Positions 12,478 through 25,181 of a stretch of DNA of 57,844 bases are shown one piece after another. Below the pieces are notes generated by a model. It was not told where the DNA came from, did no database searches, and saw only the letters and a list, made by a program, of their open reading frames with translations. Position numbers and translations under genes: made by a program. The stretch is from Anaeramoeba ignava BMAN (taxonomy: Eukaryota; Protista; Anaeramoebae), in the NCBI GenBank assembly GCA_028826165.1, contig JAPDFW010000040.1, positions 1-57,844 of the forward strand, written 5' to 3'. Positions within the stretch are counted from its first letter, which is position 1. Each line of letters opens with the position of its first letter.

Positions 12478-12638
12478 GTAAAAATAAACATTTTTTTTGT
12501 GATTTTTCTTTTGAATAAAAATAAAAACAAATTTCCCAAATAAAATAATATTTATTTAGTTCATTTGAAAAAAAAAATAATTTTAAATTTAATTTAATTT
12601 AATTTAATTTAATTTGAAATTGGGGAAATATCAAATAA

Positions 12639-15600
12639 GATTTTGATTTTTAATTTTATTAAGAAAATCATAAGTGAGATTTCTACATGTTTTTTTTATG
12701 TTTTTTTTGAAGTAATTTTGATAAAAAAAAATAAAAGGAAAATGGAATAATTCATTTTTAAATTAATTTTTATAATCATATTCTATTTAATCTTTCAATT
12801 AAGAATAATCTATCAAATAATCTGTATAATATTCTGATTATTCTTTTCATTATTTTGATTCTAACTCTAATTCTGATATCTTTGTTAATTTATATTTCCA
12901 AATATTCTTTGTATCCTTTCTTAGATTTATTTTCTTTGTTATAATTTATTTTCTTTGAATTTTTCTTTCTTCTTTTTGAATTTGTTTTTATTTTTGAATT
13001 TGTTTTTATTTTCAGAATTATCCTTGTTATTTATCTTATTAATTTTATTCTCATTATTGAATTTGATATTTGAATTTGATTTTCTTCATTATTTCTCATT
13101 TTCTATTCATCTTTCTTATATTATATTCTATTTCCCATTAACTATAAATTATGATATAATTTCAAATATCTTCTGAATATATTCTATTGTTTATTTTTTC
13201 ATATATTTACCTTCTGTTAATTTCTTTTATTAGTTTTTTTTTGTTTATTTATTTAATTGAATGAATTGATTTTTATTCATTTATTTCTTATTTCTTGATA
13301 AATTTAATATTTACAAATAAAGAAAATAATTTAATATTTCTTTTCTTTTTCTTTAAATAACATAGATATATATTTCATATTATTATTTTTTTCATTTAAT
13401 AAGTATATTTATTGATTCCATTTATGAAAATTATTAATTTTAGAAGAATAATATTTTTTTTATTGATATTTTAGATATTTTTTTTATTCTTTGATTTTTT
13501 TTTTGGTTTATAATTTAATTATTTCTAAATAAATTATTTTTTTTTCTATCCTTGATTCATTCTAATTTCTTTTTATCTTTCTAAAAAATAAATATTCTTT
13601 GAATTATTTTGAAATATTTTGTATTCCTTATTTCTATCTTATTTATAAAGATTGAATATAATTTCTTGAATTAAGATTTTCTAATTTTATTTTAATTTTT
13701 TTCTATTATTTTCTATCTTCTTATATTTATTTGAATTATGAAATTAGAAATGTTTATTTCATTCCAAAAAGTCAAAATATATGAATATAAATTAATTTTT
13801 TTTAAATAAACTTGATTTAATATGTTTATTAACAATTAAATTTATTCTTTGATATTATTTCTTTTTTTATTAATAATAATAATATTAGGGTTTTTGTTAC
13901 ATAATATAATTATGTAAGAATTGTTATTTTATAAATAATTATTTTATAAATGATTTGAAATATTATTTAAATTGATTATAAACCTTAATTAATTAATTAA
14001 AAAATTGTTTTTTTTTCTGAATTTTTTTTTGAATATTATTTTCAATATATTTATTTGAATTAAGAATAATTTCAAGATATTTAATATTTCCTTTTTATTT
14101 TTATTTTTATTTTTATTTGATTTTAATTCATAATTTTCAAGAATTGTTGTTAATATTATTTGAACTTTAAATACAATTTCTATATATGAAAATTTTTTAT
14201 ATCAATATAATCATATAATCAATAATAAATTTTATCTCTTCAATAATAAAATGATTAATCATTCCAAATATTAAAAAAGGGATAAATAATATTTCTCTTT
14301 CTGATTTATTCAATATTTATTTACCTTATAATATTTATTTAAGAAGTTTTAAATAATAATAATAATATTGATGAAATTTGATAATAATTTTTCTAATTAA
14401 TTTTCTAATTAATTATATCAAAATATTTTTGAATATTTATATTTATTATATAAGGTTATTTTATTTATATTAATTTATTTTGTAATTTTAAAATTTCTAT
14501 TCTTATATTCATTATTTTTTCTAAATCCAATTTATTTATACAAAATATATTCTCATAATAATTTAATTTATTCAAATATTCTTTTCAAAAAAAAATAATA
14601 AATATTCTTATTAATAAATTATTTATAGATAAACATAATTCTTCTTGAAAACATTTAATTTATTACTTTTGGATTCATATTCTTTATTTATTCTTTCATT
14701 ATTCTGTTTATTTATTTAATAAATTGATAATAATAATATTTTTGAATTTTCTTTTTTTCAATATAATATAATATAATATAATAATTTTTGATAAATTTTT
14801 TTATCTTATTATATTCATAAATTGAACTATTTCTTGAATTTTAAATTATTTTTTATTAATTTATTATAAGGAATTATTTATTTAATTTATTTAATATCAA
14901 ATTGTATGATTATTATTTTATTTTCTATTTTATTTTATTTTATTTTATTTAAATATTGATTCTTTAACTTGTATTTTAATTTCATCAATAAGTTATTTAA
15001 ATTATTTTTTATTTATTATTAAATATAATATCTTTTTCTTTTCTTTTTCTTATTCTTCTTTTCATTTCAATTCATTAATTTATTTATCTATTTTTTATTA
15101 TCTATTTTTTATTCCTCAAAATATTTTTTATCAATATTATTTACTTTTTTTTTTGAATTAAATTATGTTAAATTAATTCCAATCTTAATTTTTTTATCTA
15201 TTTATATTTATATTTATATATAAATTTTCTTTTCTTAAATTTATTATCTTTTATATTTCTAATTATTGAAATATTGAGAATTGATTTCTGATTTAAATTT
15301 TTTTTTGATTTCTCAATTCTTCTCATTATTATATCTTGAAATTATTATTTTATTGATTGATAATATTTCTTTTTTTCTTTTTTCTTTTTCTTTTTCTTTT
15401 CTTCTTGATTAATATTTATTTTTGTTTTTGAGATAATTTTTATTTTTAATTTAATTTTTGATTTCCAAAAAAAATGATTTATATTTCTTATTACATTATT
15501 TTGAATATTAAATATGATTTGAGTATTAAATCACAAATGTTTTTTTTTCAATTTTATTTGTTTATTTGATTAAAATATCCTCATCTTATTATATATTTTT

Positions 15601-17360
15601 ATTTCCTTTCCTAATTTTTTTTTCAATTATTTGATTTATTTTATTCATAATTTGATATTGATTTATATATTTCATATATTCTCTAATAACATTTAATTCT
15701 TCTATTTTAATTTATATTAATATTTTTATTATAATTGTTAATTTATTGAGTATATTTACTTATATATATATTATTTGATAAATATTTTTATTCCTATTTG
15801 ATTTATTTCTTAAATTAATAATAATTTTCAAAATATATTCTTTTTTCTCAAATATATTTCTTGTATTATGGAAATTGTTATTCTTTATTTTAGAAATATA
15901 TTTTTAAATTTATTTCTAATTTTTTTTTTGAGTTTTATTTATTCTATTTAATTCATTAATATTAATAAATAAATTATATTTTAAATTTAGAATTGATTTA
16001 TTTTTTGTGAATTTAATTCATTTTATTATTTCAATTTTCTTTCTTTTTTAATATTTTTAAATAAATTTTGAATATTTTTTTTATTTGATATTTTATTCTT
16101 TCATTTTTAAAATTTCAAAAAAAAAGAGTTAATATATTATTTTTATTTTTATTTTGAATAATTCCTAATAGATGAAAATTGATAATATTATTAATAATTT
16201 CAAATATATTAAGAAATGATTTTCTGATAATTAATTTATATAAATTTAAAATTTGTAATATCTTGTTTTAATTAATTTTTAATTTAATATTTTTGAATTT
16301 CTATATTTAATTTGATTTTTTTTCTTTAAATTTATATCTATTTCCTAATTTTATAAAAATAAGAAAAAAATTTTGATATTTCTTGTTATAAATTATTTAT
16401 TTATTATTTTTATAAATTTTTAAATAAGAATAATTAACACTTTTATTTATAAATTATTCAAAATCTTTTTTATTTTTATTTGAATAATTTTAATTTAATT
16501 TAATTTAATTTTAATTTAATTTAATTTAAAGAATTACTTTTTTTTTGTATTATTTCTTTAATCTTATTTAAAATATTATTTCTCATATTTTTTTTATTGA
16601 TTAGATTGAATATTTTCAATTTCTTTCTTTCTTATTAATTAATTAAATTTAATTTTTTTGATAAATTATTTTTTTTATTATTTTGATTTTTCAAATAAAT
16701 AAATTTATCTTGTTTTGTAATTATCTCTTATCTTAGATATTTTAACTAAATAAATATAAATATAAATATAAATATAAAATATAAATATAAATATAAATAT
16801 AAATATAAATATAAATATAAATATAAATATATAAATATAAATATAAATATAAATATAAATATAAATATAAATATAAATATAAATAAAATATAAATAAATA
16901 TAAATATAAATATAAATATAAATATAAATATAAATATAAATATAAATATAAATATAAATATAAATATAAATATAAATATAAATATAAATATAAATATAAA
17001 TATAAATATAAATATAAATATAAATATAAATATAAATATAAATATAAATATAAATATAAATATAAATATAAATATAAATATAAATATAAATATAAATATA
17101 AATATAAATATAAATATAAATATAAATATATTCCTCTTTTCATCTTATTATTTATTCCTTTATAATCTCTCTATCTTTCATAACCTTAAAATATAAATCT
17201 ATATTATTATTATTTCTCTTCAATTAACCTTTAATAATTTAATAAGATTTTAATATATTTATTAAATTAAATTAAATTAAATTAAATTAAATTAAATTAA
17301 ATATATTTGGAAATTAATGGAAAATCTTAATAAATATACAAAATTTCCTCAATTTAATTA
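12639..17360 (-). mobile_element. Full-length degenerate LINE relic of the same family as the intact element
   Basis: The 3' end TTAAGAAAATCATAAGTGAGATTTCTACATG matches 39981-40011. There is 41-nt identity between 16201 and 43731. The RT region near 14260 matches the region near 41812. The 5' end GAAATTAATGGAAAATCT near 17310 matches 44446. Confidence 0.9.
16747..17130. repeat. (TAAATA)n microsatellite inside the ORF1 region of the LINE relic
   Basis: About 64 near-perfect hexamer units, with LINE homology resuming on both sides. Confidence 0.95.
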
Positions 17361-17450
17361 TTTTATTTTTTTCAAAAACAAAAAACAAAAAACAAAAAAC
17401 AATTTAAATCTAATCTTTTCTTTTTAAATTAAAAATAAATAATAAATTAG

Positions 17451-17453
17451 GAT
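17451..17453 (+). CDS. 3-nt microexon GAT (Asp)
   Basis: TAG GAT GTAATT with CTAAT near 17410. Completes QD-E-Y-D-WSPVH. Confidence 0.7.
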
Positions 17454-17647
17454 GTAATTTTATTTATTATTTTAATTTTGATTTTCAAAAAAACACAAAA
17501 AAATATTATTTCAAAAATTATAAATTTTTTAATTTTAAATAACAAAAAAAATATAAGAGAAAATTATTTAAAATATAAATTAAAGAGAAATTTATTTTTT
17601 AATTTAATTTAATTTAATTTAATTTATTATTTCAAAACAAAAAAAAG

Positions 17648-17743
17648 TGGTCTCCAGTTCATTATTTATGTAGGAATGAATCAATTACATTTGATATGAT
17701 TAAATTATTAGTTGATAATGGAGCTAATTTTAATTTAAGTGGA
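17648..17743 (+). CDS. Ankyrin repeat exon A5 (96 nt, phase 0-0)
   Basis: AAG acceptor, GTAAGT donor. [32 protein letters not shown]. Confidence 0.9.
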
Positions 17744-18799
17744 GTAAGTTTTTAATTAATTAATTAATTTTCTTTTTCAAAATATTAATATTAATTTTAT
17801 AAGAAGATATTTCATTTCCATTTTTAAATAAACATAAACATAAACAAAAACAATATTTTTATTTCAATTATTTTATTAATTAAAACAAAACAATTTTGAA
17901 TTTTTTTAAAATTAATAAGAATATAATCAAAAAAAAAGAAATAAATTTTAATTATAATTTTAATTATAATTTTTATTCCAAAAAAAAATCAAAAAATAAT
18001 ATTTATATTTATTATTTGATTATTATATTTCAATTTATTTTAATCAAAAAAAATAAATTCAATTTCAAATTCAATTTAATATTCAATTATTTTCCAAAAA
18101 AGAAATATTTTCATTTTAATTCATTTTTTTTTAAAAATTTTCAACTTTAAAAATTTGAAAAGAAAAAAAAGAAAAAGAAAAAATTTAAAATTAATATTTA
18201 ATTAATTAATTATAATTCCTCTCTCTTTTTTTTATTTTGTTTTTATTTTATTCAGATTTACAAATTTAATTCAATTTTGTTTTATTCTCAATTCAAATTC
18301 TTCTTTCTTTTTATTTTATTTTATTTTATTTTATTTTATTTAAAATTTTGGATATTAAATCAAGAAAAGAAATTTATTAATTTATTAATTTTATAATTTT
18401 AGAAAAAAAAAACAAAAAGGAATTGAAATAATATTTTCCAATTTAATCAAAAAAAATTATTAATTTAATTTAATTTAATTTAATTTAATTTAATAAGATG
18501 TATTTTTTTATTGAAAACTTCAAAATTAAACAAAAAAAAATTAATTCAAAAAAAATTTATTTTGTAAAATTTTGTTTTTGTTTTTGTTTTTGTTTTTGTT
18601 TTTCAAATTTTATACATTTTTTTTGGTTTCTCTCTTGTAATACAATAAAATTCATTTTTTATAAAACTTCAATTTTTCATTTGGTTTTTTTTCCCTTTTT
18701 GAAAATAATTATTATAAATTGAAATTTGAATTGTTTTTAGTGAATTAATTATATTTGACAAAAATATTGTTTTATAATGAAAAAATAAATATTTTTTTC

Positions 18800-19620
18800 T
18801 TTACAAGAGTTTATTGATAAATTATTACACAAAAAAAAATGGAAAAATCTTCAAGAATCAAATCAAATTCTATTTTCAGTTATTATTTCTTTAGTTATTT
18901 TATAATCCATTTTTATTGAGATTAAAAATATTTTGTATAGAAAAAACACTTCTCATACTCTAAATATGTATAATGATAATAAATGATGTTAAAAAAAATT
19001 GTTTTTAAATTTAAGAGAGTTATAATAATATTTATTTAAACAGTATAAAGACTCAAGAATAAAGAGATGATATAATTTTCTGTAAACATAAAAAAATTTA
19101 ACCATTTTTATTTATAAACCTCTTTTTGAATTTCTCAATATAATGATTTATATCCAGTTTAAATTTACATTTGGATTAAATATCTAATAATGATTGAATT
19201 GAGTTTCTATCCTTATCATTAACAATTAAAGAAATTGATATTTTGTCTTTCCATTTAGATGTAAAATTATTGATTTATTCTTTATATTCTTATTTATTCC
19301 TTTAAAATATTCTTTCCTCAAAATATGAATTGAATCAAAAAAAATTTTGTTTTTTCCAGTTTTTATATATTCAAAAATTATTATTAATTCTCTTATATTG
19401 AAACCTTTTCTTGATAAATCACAAATTATTTGTAATTGAATATTCATCAAATCAATTTCTAAATAAATTATTATTAAATTATTGAAAAAAAAAATACAAC
19501 TTTTCAAATAATTCCTTATATTTTCTATTGTAATTTAAATTATATTCAAAAGTTGTTAAAATTTCTTTTCCAATATCTACAGTTATTTTCTCAAATTGAT
19601 TTTCAGTTAAAAAATGAATA
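18800..19620 (-). pseudogene. Decayed coding sequence, possibly a tyrosine-recombinase-like transposon relic
   Basis: Residual ORF 19226..19507 has GFNIRELII (box I G-x-R-x-x-EL-like, Arg absent) and LHLNGKTK. An HI*SMR stretch lies about 95 codons downstream. Motif resemblance only. Confidence 0.25.
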
Positions 19621-21127
19621 TTAATTAAACTAAAAAATTTACCTATAAGAATTGAAAAAAAATAATAAACTTCTTAAAATGAAATAATTTTTAATCAAAT
19701 AAATATCCAAATTATGAATATTATAAAGGGAAATATCTGGAATAAATTCATTAATTTTATTCAGAAAAGAAGATATCATTTCTTTAATTTTTTTTTTGTA
19801 AATTATGAATTATCTAAATAACAAGAAAAAAAACAAAAGATGAAAAAATTGATTTTTTTTTGATTATTATAAAATATTATTTAATTTAATAAAATAATCT
19901 CTTTCTTAAAAAAAATCAATAAATCTCTTATTATCCTGATCTAAAAAAAATCTAAAAAAATAAATAATTAAATAAAAATTAAATGATCTATATTAAGTTT
20001 TACATTAGTTAATAAATTAGAATTTTTTTATATAAATTTTTCAATTTAGATATTGAAATTTTTTCTAAAAGAAAACAAATTTAATAATTGAGGATTATCA
20101 AGAAAAAACTAATCTCTTTTATCCAATAAAATATTTTATCCAAATTATAATAATTTGATTAATATTTTTCATTATATATTTTGAACTAAGATCTCAAAAT
20201 ATTTTTGAAATAAAAATTATTATAATTTCTATTTCTTCTTAATAATTCAATTTTTTTTTTGGAAAGATGAAAATTTTATTAATTTCTTTTTTTTTGATTT
20301 CATTTTTGTTTTTTTTGAAAATAAATTTAATATAGAAAATTTGAGTTTCCACATATATTTTATTCAAAGGAATGAAAAAAATTTTCTTTCTTTTTTTTTT
20401 TTTCAATAAATTGAGACTCATTTAACATAATAATAACAATATATATATATACTTTCTTCCAAATAAAAATATTTATAAAATAAACAAAAAATTTTATTTC
20501 TATTCAAATCAAAATTTAATTCACTTCATTTTTATTTAACAAAAGATTAACATTAAATTCAGAAATTAAAATTTTATTCTTTTCTTTTTTTTCCAAACAA
20601 AAAAAAATTTAAATTTAAATTAAATTCAAATTCAAAAATAAAATTTATTTGTTATTGTTTTTGATAATGAAAAATGAAAATGGAAATTAAATGAAAATTA
20701 GTTTTATTTAAATTTTTTCTTTTTTTCAAAAATCACACATAAAAAAAAATTTAAAAAAAAACAAAATTTTATATTTTTATTATCTATATTTTACATTTAA
20801 TTTTGGATTATTTTTATTTTCAAAAACAATAAAAAACAAAACAAAATTTTTATTCTTTTTTTTTTCCAAGATTAATAAAATGAATAAATTATTTAATAAA
20901 TTTACTTAGAAAAAATAAAAATATTATTATTATTATTTTTAATATTAAATCAAATTTAAATAAAGAAAAATAAAATAATTGATTTATTTATTTTTGAAAT
21001 GAAAATTTAAATTATTTTCCTTTTTCTTTTTCTTTCTAATTTTATTAAATAAATCAAATTTAAATTTAATTTTCTTTATTCAAAATAATAATAAAAATTA
21101 ATTTATTTATTTAAATAAAAATAATAG

Positions 21128-21402
21128 AGAGTAATTATTTCCAAAAAATTAAATAATAATAATCAAAATATTATTTTTTTTTAAATTTAAATTGTTTTTT
21201 ATTTTAATAAAATTTTATTTTTAAAAATAAATCTAATAATAATAATAATAATAATAGTTGGTAAATTTTATTTAATAATTTAATTTTCCATTTTATTTTT
21301 AATTTGGAAAACAAAATTTATGAAATTAAAAACAAAAATTTTTGAATTTTTTTCTAAAACTTTTTTTTTTTGAATAATAAATAAAATTAAATAAAATAGA
21401 TT
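21128..21402 (+). CDS. 3-nt microexons AGA 21128-21130 (R), TTG 21258-21260 (L), ATT 21400-21402 (I)
   Basis: TAG AGA GTAATT; TAG TTG GTAAAT; TAG ATT GTAAAA, separated by 127 and 139 nt in otherwise almost G-free DNA. Confidence 0.7.
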
Positions 21403-21719
21403 GTAAAATATTAATAATAAAAATTAAATAATAAATTTATTAGATATTATTTTATAAAATTTAAATATGTAAAAAGAAAGATTTGAATTATATTTTTTTT
21501 TAAATATTTTCTTTTCTCTTTTATATTTAAATTTTTATTTTTTTCTTTTCAAAAAAAAAACAAGTTTTACAAAATAATTCTTAAAATTAAATTTAAAATA
21601 AATTAAATTAAATTGGAAAAGAAAAGAAAACAATTTTATTTTTTGAATTTGAAATTATTATTTTGTCTTTTCTTTTGTAAAAATTTTTAAAAAAAAAAGA
21701 AGATATTTTATTATTATTA

Positions 21720-23057
21720 GGGATTGGGATGTATTTGGTTTGCATCCGCTGAAAAGTATATGAATCCGCTTTTTCAATATCGAATGAGCGGAAAAATCTT
21801 TTTCAGCTTATTTCGACTTCTTCGTCGAAAAAAATAAAAAGAAATTGAAATGAAATTTTGTTCTTCATTTTTTTTTCTCAAAGAAGAGAATGAAAGAAAA
21901 ATTGATCAAAGAAAAATTGATCAAAAAAAAATTGGAAGCCAAAAAATTTCAAAAAGAAAAAAAATTTTGATTTTGCTTCTCAGAGTGGATTTCCATTTCT
22001 GATATGATAATTGGTTAGAGCTGCACATATCCCAAAAGTTGTAGAGTATAAATTTACTCTTTCTCCTCTCCAAACTTGATTCATTGAACCCCAAAAATTT
22101 TTCATCCTTGCATAATAATGTTCTATAACAATGCGAGTTCTTGCAATTGTTGCATTGTAAAATTCCGATTCGAGATCTAAATTCCCTCCTCGAGGTTTTT
22201 TGAAAGGAATTTCTGCTTGAGTAGAATGTTGAATCCCAATATACCCTTTATCTGCCATAATAGAATAAGATTGGAACATAGCACTTTCTCCAGAAATTTC
22301 AAAGATTCTTAGATCATGAATAGAACCTTCCACTCCAGTGAAGAAAGACATACACAACCCAGAACATGAATTAATCGTTTGAGATTTTATCACATGGCAT
22401 TTGTGTTTTCCACTAAAATACTTCTTTTGTTCGAATCGATCTTTTGGTCTTTGACACCTTTGACAAGTCACATCCACAATTCCCAATACATTTGGAAATT
22501 CAGCAAATGATGATCCTTGAGCTTCTTGTTCTGCTTTTCCAATCCATCTTATCTGATCTTGAACAAGTATGGGTTCAATTCTTTGAAGTGTGTCAGTAAC
22601 AAGATCTCTTGCCCAAGTTTGAGATATTCCAAAATCACTCCCAAGACGATTCCATGAAGGATAATGTTTTAACCAAACTAAAGTCATCAGAAGAGTTGTT
22701 TCATCAGATAAAATTGTTCTTCTTGCTCCTCTACCCTGTACCTGAAATGCTTCTGCAACAAGATAAAATAGTTGTTGCAATTCTGTAAGATCGAAATTCG
22801 TTAAAATCTTCATCCGATTATCGTCTGAATATTCATCCAAATTCTCATAGCTTATATAACCTTCAAATTGATCATCATCTGAATCAGATTGTTCTTGAAT
22901 CAAATCGGGCTGGTTATTTTGCTCATTTTGTGAATAAAATTCATCAATTTCTTGCATCAAAAAAAATTCAAAAAAAAATTCTTGCGAAAAAAAAATGATC
23001 TGAACAAAATTTACATAAATTCCTTAATATTTTATTGATAAGGATAAATCCCAAATT
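21720..23057 (-). mobile_element. Compact single-ORF PIF/Harbinger/IS5(ISL2)-superfamily DNA transposon, about 1.3 kb
   Basis: Sharp GC rise. The left end GGGATTGGGATGTAT follows TTA, and there is an imperfect inverted match ATAAATCCCAA at 23044-23054. Subterminal ATCCGCT repeats. The right boundary and TSD are uncertain. Confidence 0.7.
21980..22957 (-). CDS. DDE transposase (HTH_Tnp_4 plus DDE_Tnp_4/HARBI1-like), 325 aa from the ATG
   Basis: LLMTLVWLKHYPSWNRLGSDFGISQT (HTH), IVDVT, YFSGKHKCH, GSIHD, ADKGY and RIVIEH..ARMK. Intronless and intact. Confidence 0.92.
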   Translation of the reverse strand: MQEIDEFYSQNEQNNQPDLIQEQSDSDDDQFEGYISYENLDEYSDDNRMKILTNFDLTELQQLFYLVAEAFQVQGRGARRTILSDETTLLMTLVWLKHYPSWNRLGSDFGISQTWARDLVTDTLQRIEPILVQDQIRWIGKAEQEAQGSSFAEFPNVLGIVDVTCQRCQRPKDRFEQKKYFSGKHKCHVIKSQTINSCSGLCMSFFTGVEGSIHDLRIFEISGESAMFQSYSIMADKGYIGIQHSTQAEIPFKKPRGGNLDLESEFYNATIARTRIVIEHYYARMKNFWGSMNQVWRGERVNLYSTTFGICAALTNYHIRNGNPL

Positions 23058-24887
23058 TAATATTTTCCTTCTTCATAATTTTTTTTGTAATTACTTTTAT
23101 ATTCATTTTTATATTTTCAATTCTTAAGTTAATTAAATAATATTTTCTTTTTTTTTTGTGTTTTTTTGTATAAATTAATAATATTTAAATTAAGAAATTG
23201 TAAAATTTACTCTTAAAAAATATTGGGAAAATTGAATTTATAAAATTAAAAAAAAATTTGATAATAATAATATTTTTAATATCCTTGATAATTATGAGAA
23301 ATTCTTTTTCTTTTTAGAAATAATTTCAATTTTTTTTTTAAATTGATTAATTAATAAATCTTATAAATTTTCTTTTGTAAATTGATTAAGATAATAAAAT
23401 AAGATTTAAATTCCTTTTTATTTCTTTTTCTTTTAGTTAATAAATAAATAAATATTTTTATAGATTTAATTTTTATTTATTAGGAAAATATTTGATTTAT
23501 TTTTTCTCTTCTCTTTTTTTTTTCAATTTAAATTTGTTATAAATTTAATATGTTATTATTTTAATTAAGGAAGAGAATATCTTCAAAATTTATTAATTAA
23601 TCAAATTAAAAATTAAATTAAATTGATTGAATATATTTCTTCTGAAAATTCATTTTATTATTTTTAAAAATTTGAAAATTTCTTATTAAAACAAAAACAA
23701 AAACAAATTTATTATTATTATTATTTTTATTTCTTTAATAATTTTATTTGAAAATATTTTTATGTTAAATTTCTTTTGAATTTAATATAATTAATTTTAT
23801 TTTTAAAAAAAAAGAAAAGAGAAATTTTTTAATATTAAATTTAACTTTCTAAATTCCCTAAGTTGAAATTAATTAATTAATTAATTAAAATTTGATATTG
23901 AATTATAATATAGATACATAATTTTCACTTATTATTATTATTGTTCTTTTTTTTCATAATTTAATCAAAAAAATATTTTATATCATTAATATTATATAAT
24001 TTTGAAATATCAAATATTTAATTTATAATAATTTTATTAATGATATTAATTATCAAATTTTTTATTTTTCCAAAAATAAAAATAAAAATAAAAAATTTGT
24101 GTTTTTTTTTCTCTCAGATTAATATCCTTGTTTATAATATAAAAAAAAAGTTGTTTTTTGTTTTGTATATAATTACATTTATTACATAATTTAAATGTGA
24201 AAAAAAAATATTCAAAATTTAATTTCAAGAGTTTTTGTTTTGTTTTGTTTTTTTGATTTAATAAATTTAAGATTTAATTAGTAAATTTTTGGAATTAATT
24301 AATTAATTAATGAATATTGAAATAAAGAATTTTATGAAAAAAAAATGAATTTGGAAATATTGTATAATTTTATTTGGAAATATTATATAAATAAGATAAT
24401 ATTAATATTATCAAGAAGATATATTTATTTTTATATATTTATTTTTTATTAATTTATATAATTATTCAAATTCTTCTATTTGAAAAAAAAAAGAATATTA
24501 AATATTTTTTCTCTCTCTTAAAAAAAATAATTTCAAGATTTTACATAAACAAAAAATAATAATAATAATTATAATTGAATATTTAATTATATTTAATTTC
24601 AGAATATTCAATAATTTGATTATCAATTTCTAAATTTTGATTATTTTCTTCTTAAATAAATTCTAAATTTTCCAAGATTTAAAAAATTTTTTTATTTCAA
24701 TTAATTTTTATTTTGGATTATTATTATAATAATAATAATAATAATAATTTATCAAAAAAAAATTGATATAAAAATATTAATTTATTCAAGAAACAAAATA
24801 ATATTTTTATAAAGAAAAAACAAATTATTTAAATTTTCTTTCTTTTTAATTTTAATTTTAATTTTAATTTTAAAAAAAAAACTTTAG

Positions 24888-25011
24888 TATGTAACAAAAA
24901 ATTGATTTTTAATAATAAATAAATAAAAAATTTTTTTAATTATTTAATTAATTGTTTTTATTTAAAATATATTTTTGATTTTTATTCAATTTAATAAAAT
25001 AATATAAGGAT
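24888..25011 (+). CDS. 3-nt microexons TAT 24888-24890 (Y) and GAT 25009-25011 (D)
   Basis: TAG TAT GTAACA; AAG GAT GTAAAA, the latter 74 nt before exon A6. Confidence 0.7.
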
Positions 25012-25085
25012 GTAAAAAACAAAAAAAATAAATAGAAATAATTTTAATTTTTTTTTTGATTTAAAAAACAAAAACAAAAAAAAAG

Positions 25086-25181
25086 TATACACCTTTACAT
25101 GATTTATGTCAAAACACTTCAATTACAAAAGAGATGATTGAATTATTATTTGATAAAGGAGCTGATTTTCATATTCAAATT
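25086..25181 (+). CDS. Ankyrin repeat exon A6 (96 nt, phase 0-0)
   Basis: AAG acceptor, GTAAAT donor. YTPLHDLCQNTSITKEMIELLFDKGADFHIQI has canonical TPLH and GAD. Confidence 0.92.

Noticed and set aside
16742-17143. 133-aa (YL)n ORF
   Set aside because: It is a translation of the (TAAATA)n microsatellite.
18496-18505. AG-AT-GTAT and similar 1-2 nt spacings (7718, 26346, 56354)
   Set aside because: They would shift the frame, have weaker context, or lie in decayed or noisy sequence. They were not counted as microexons.
19014-19024. AG AGA GTTATA
   Set aside because: The donor lacks GTA and the site lies inside a decayed element.
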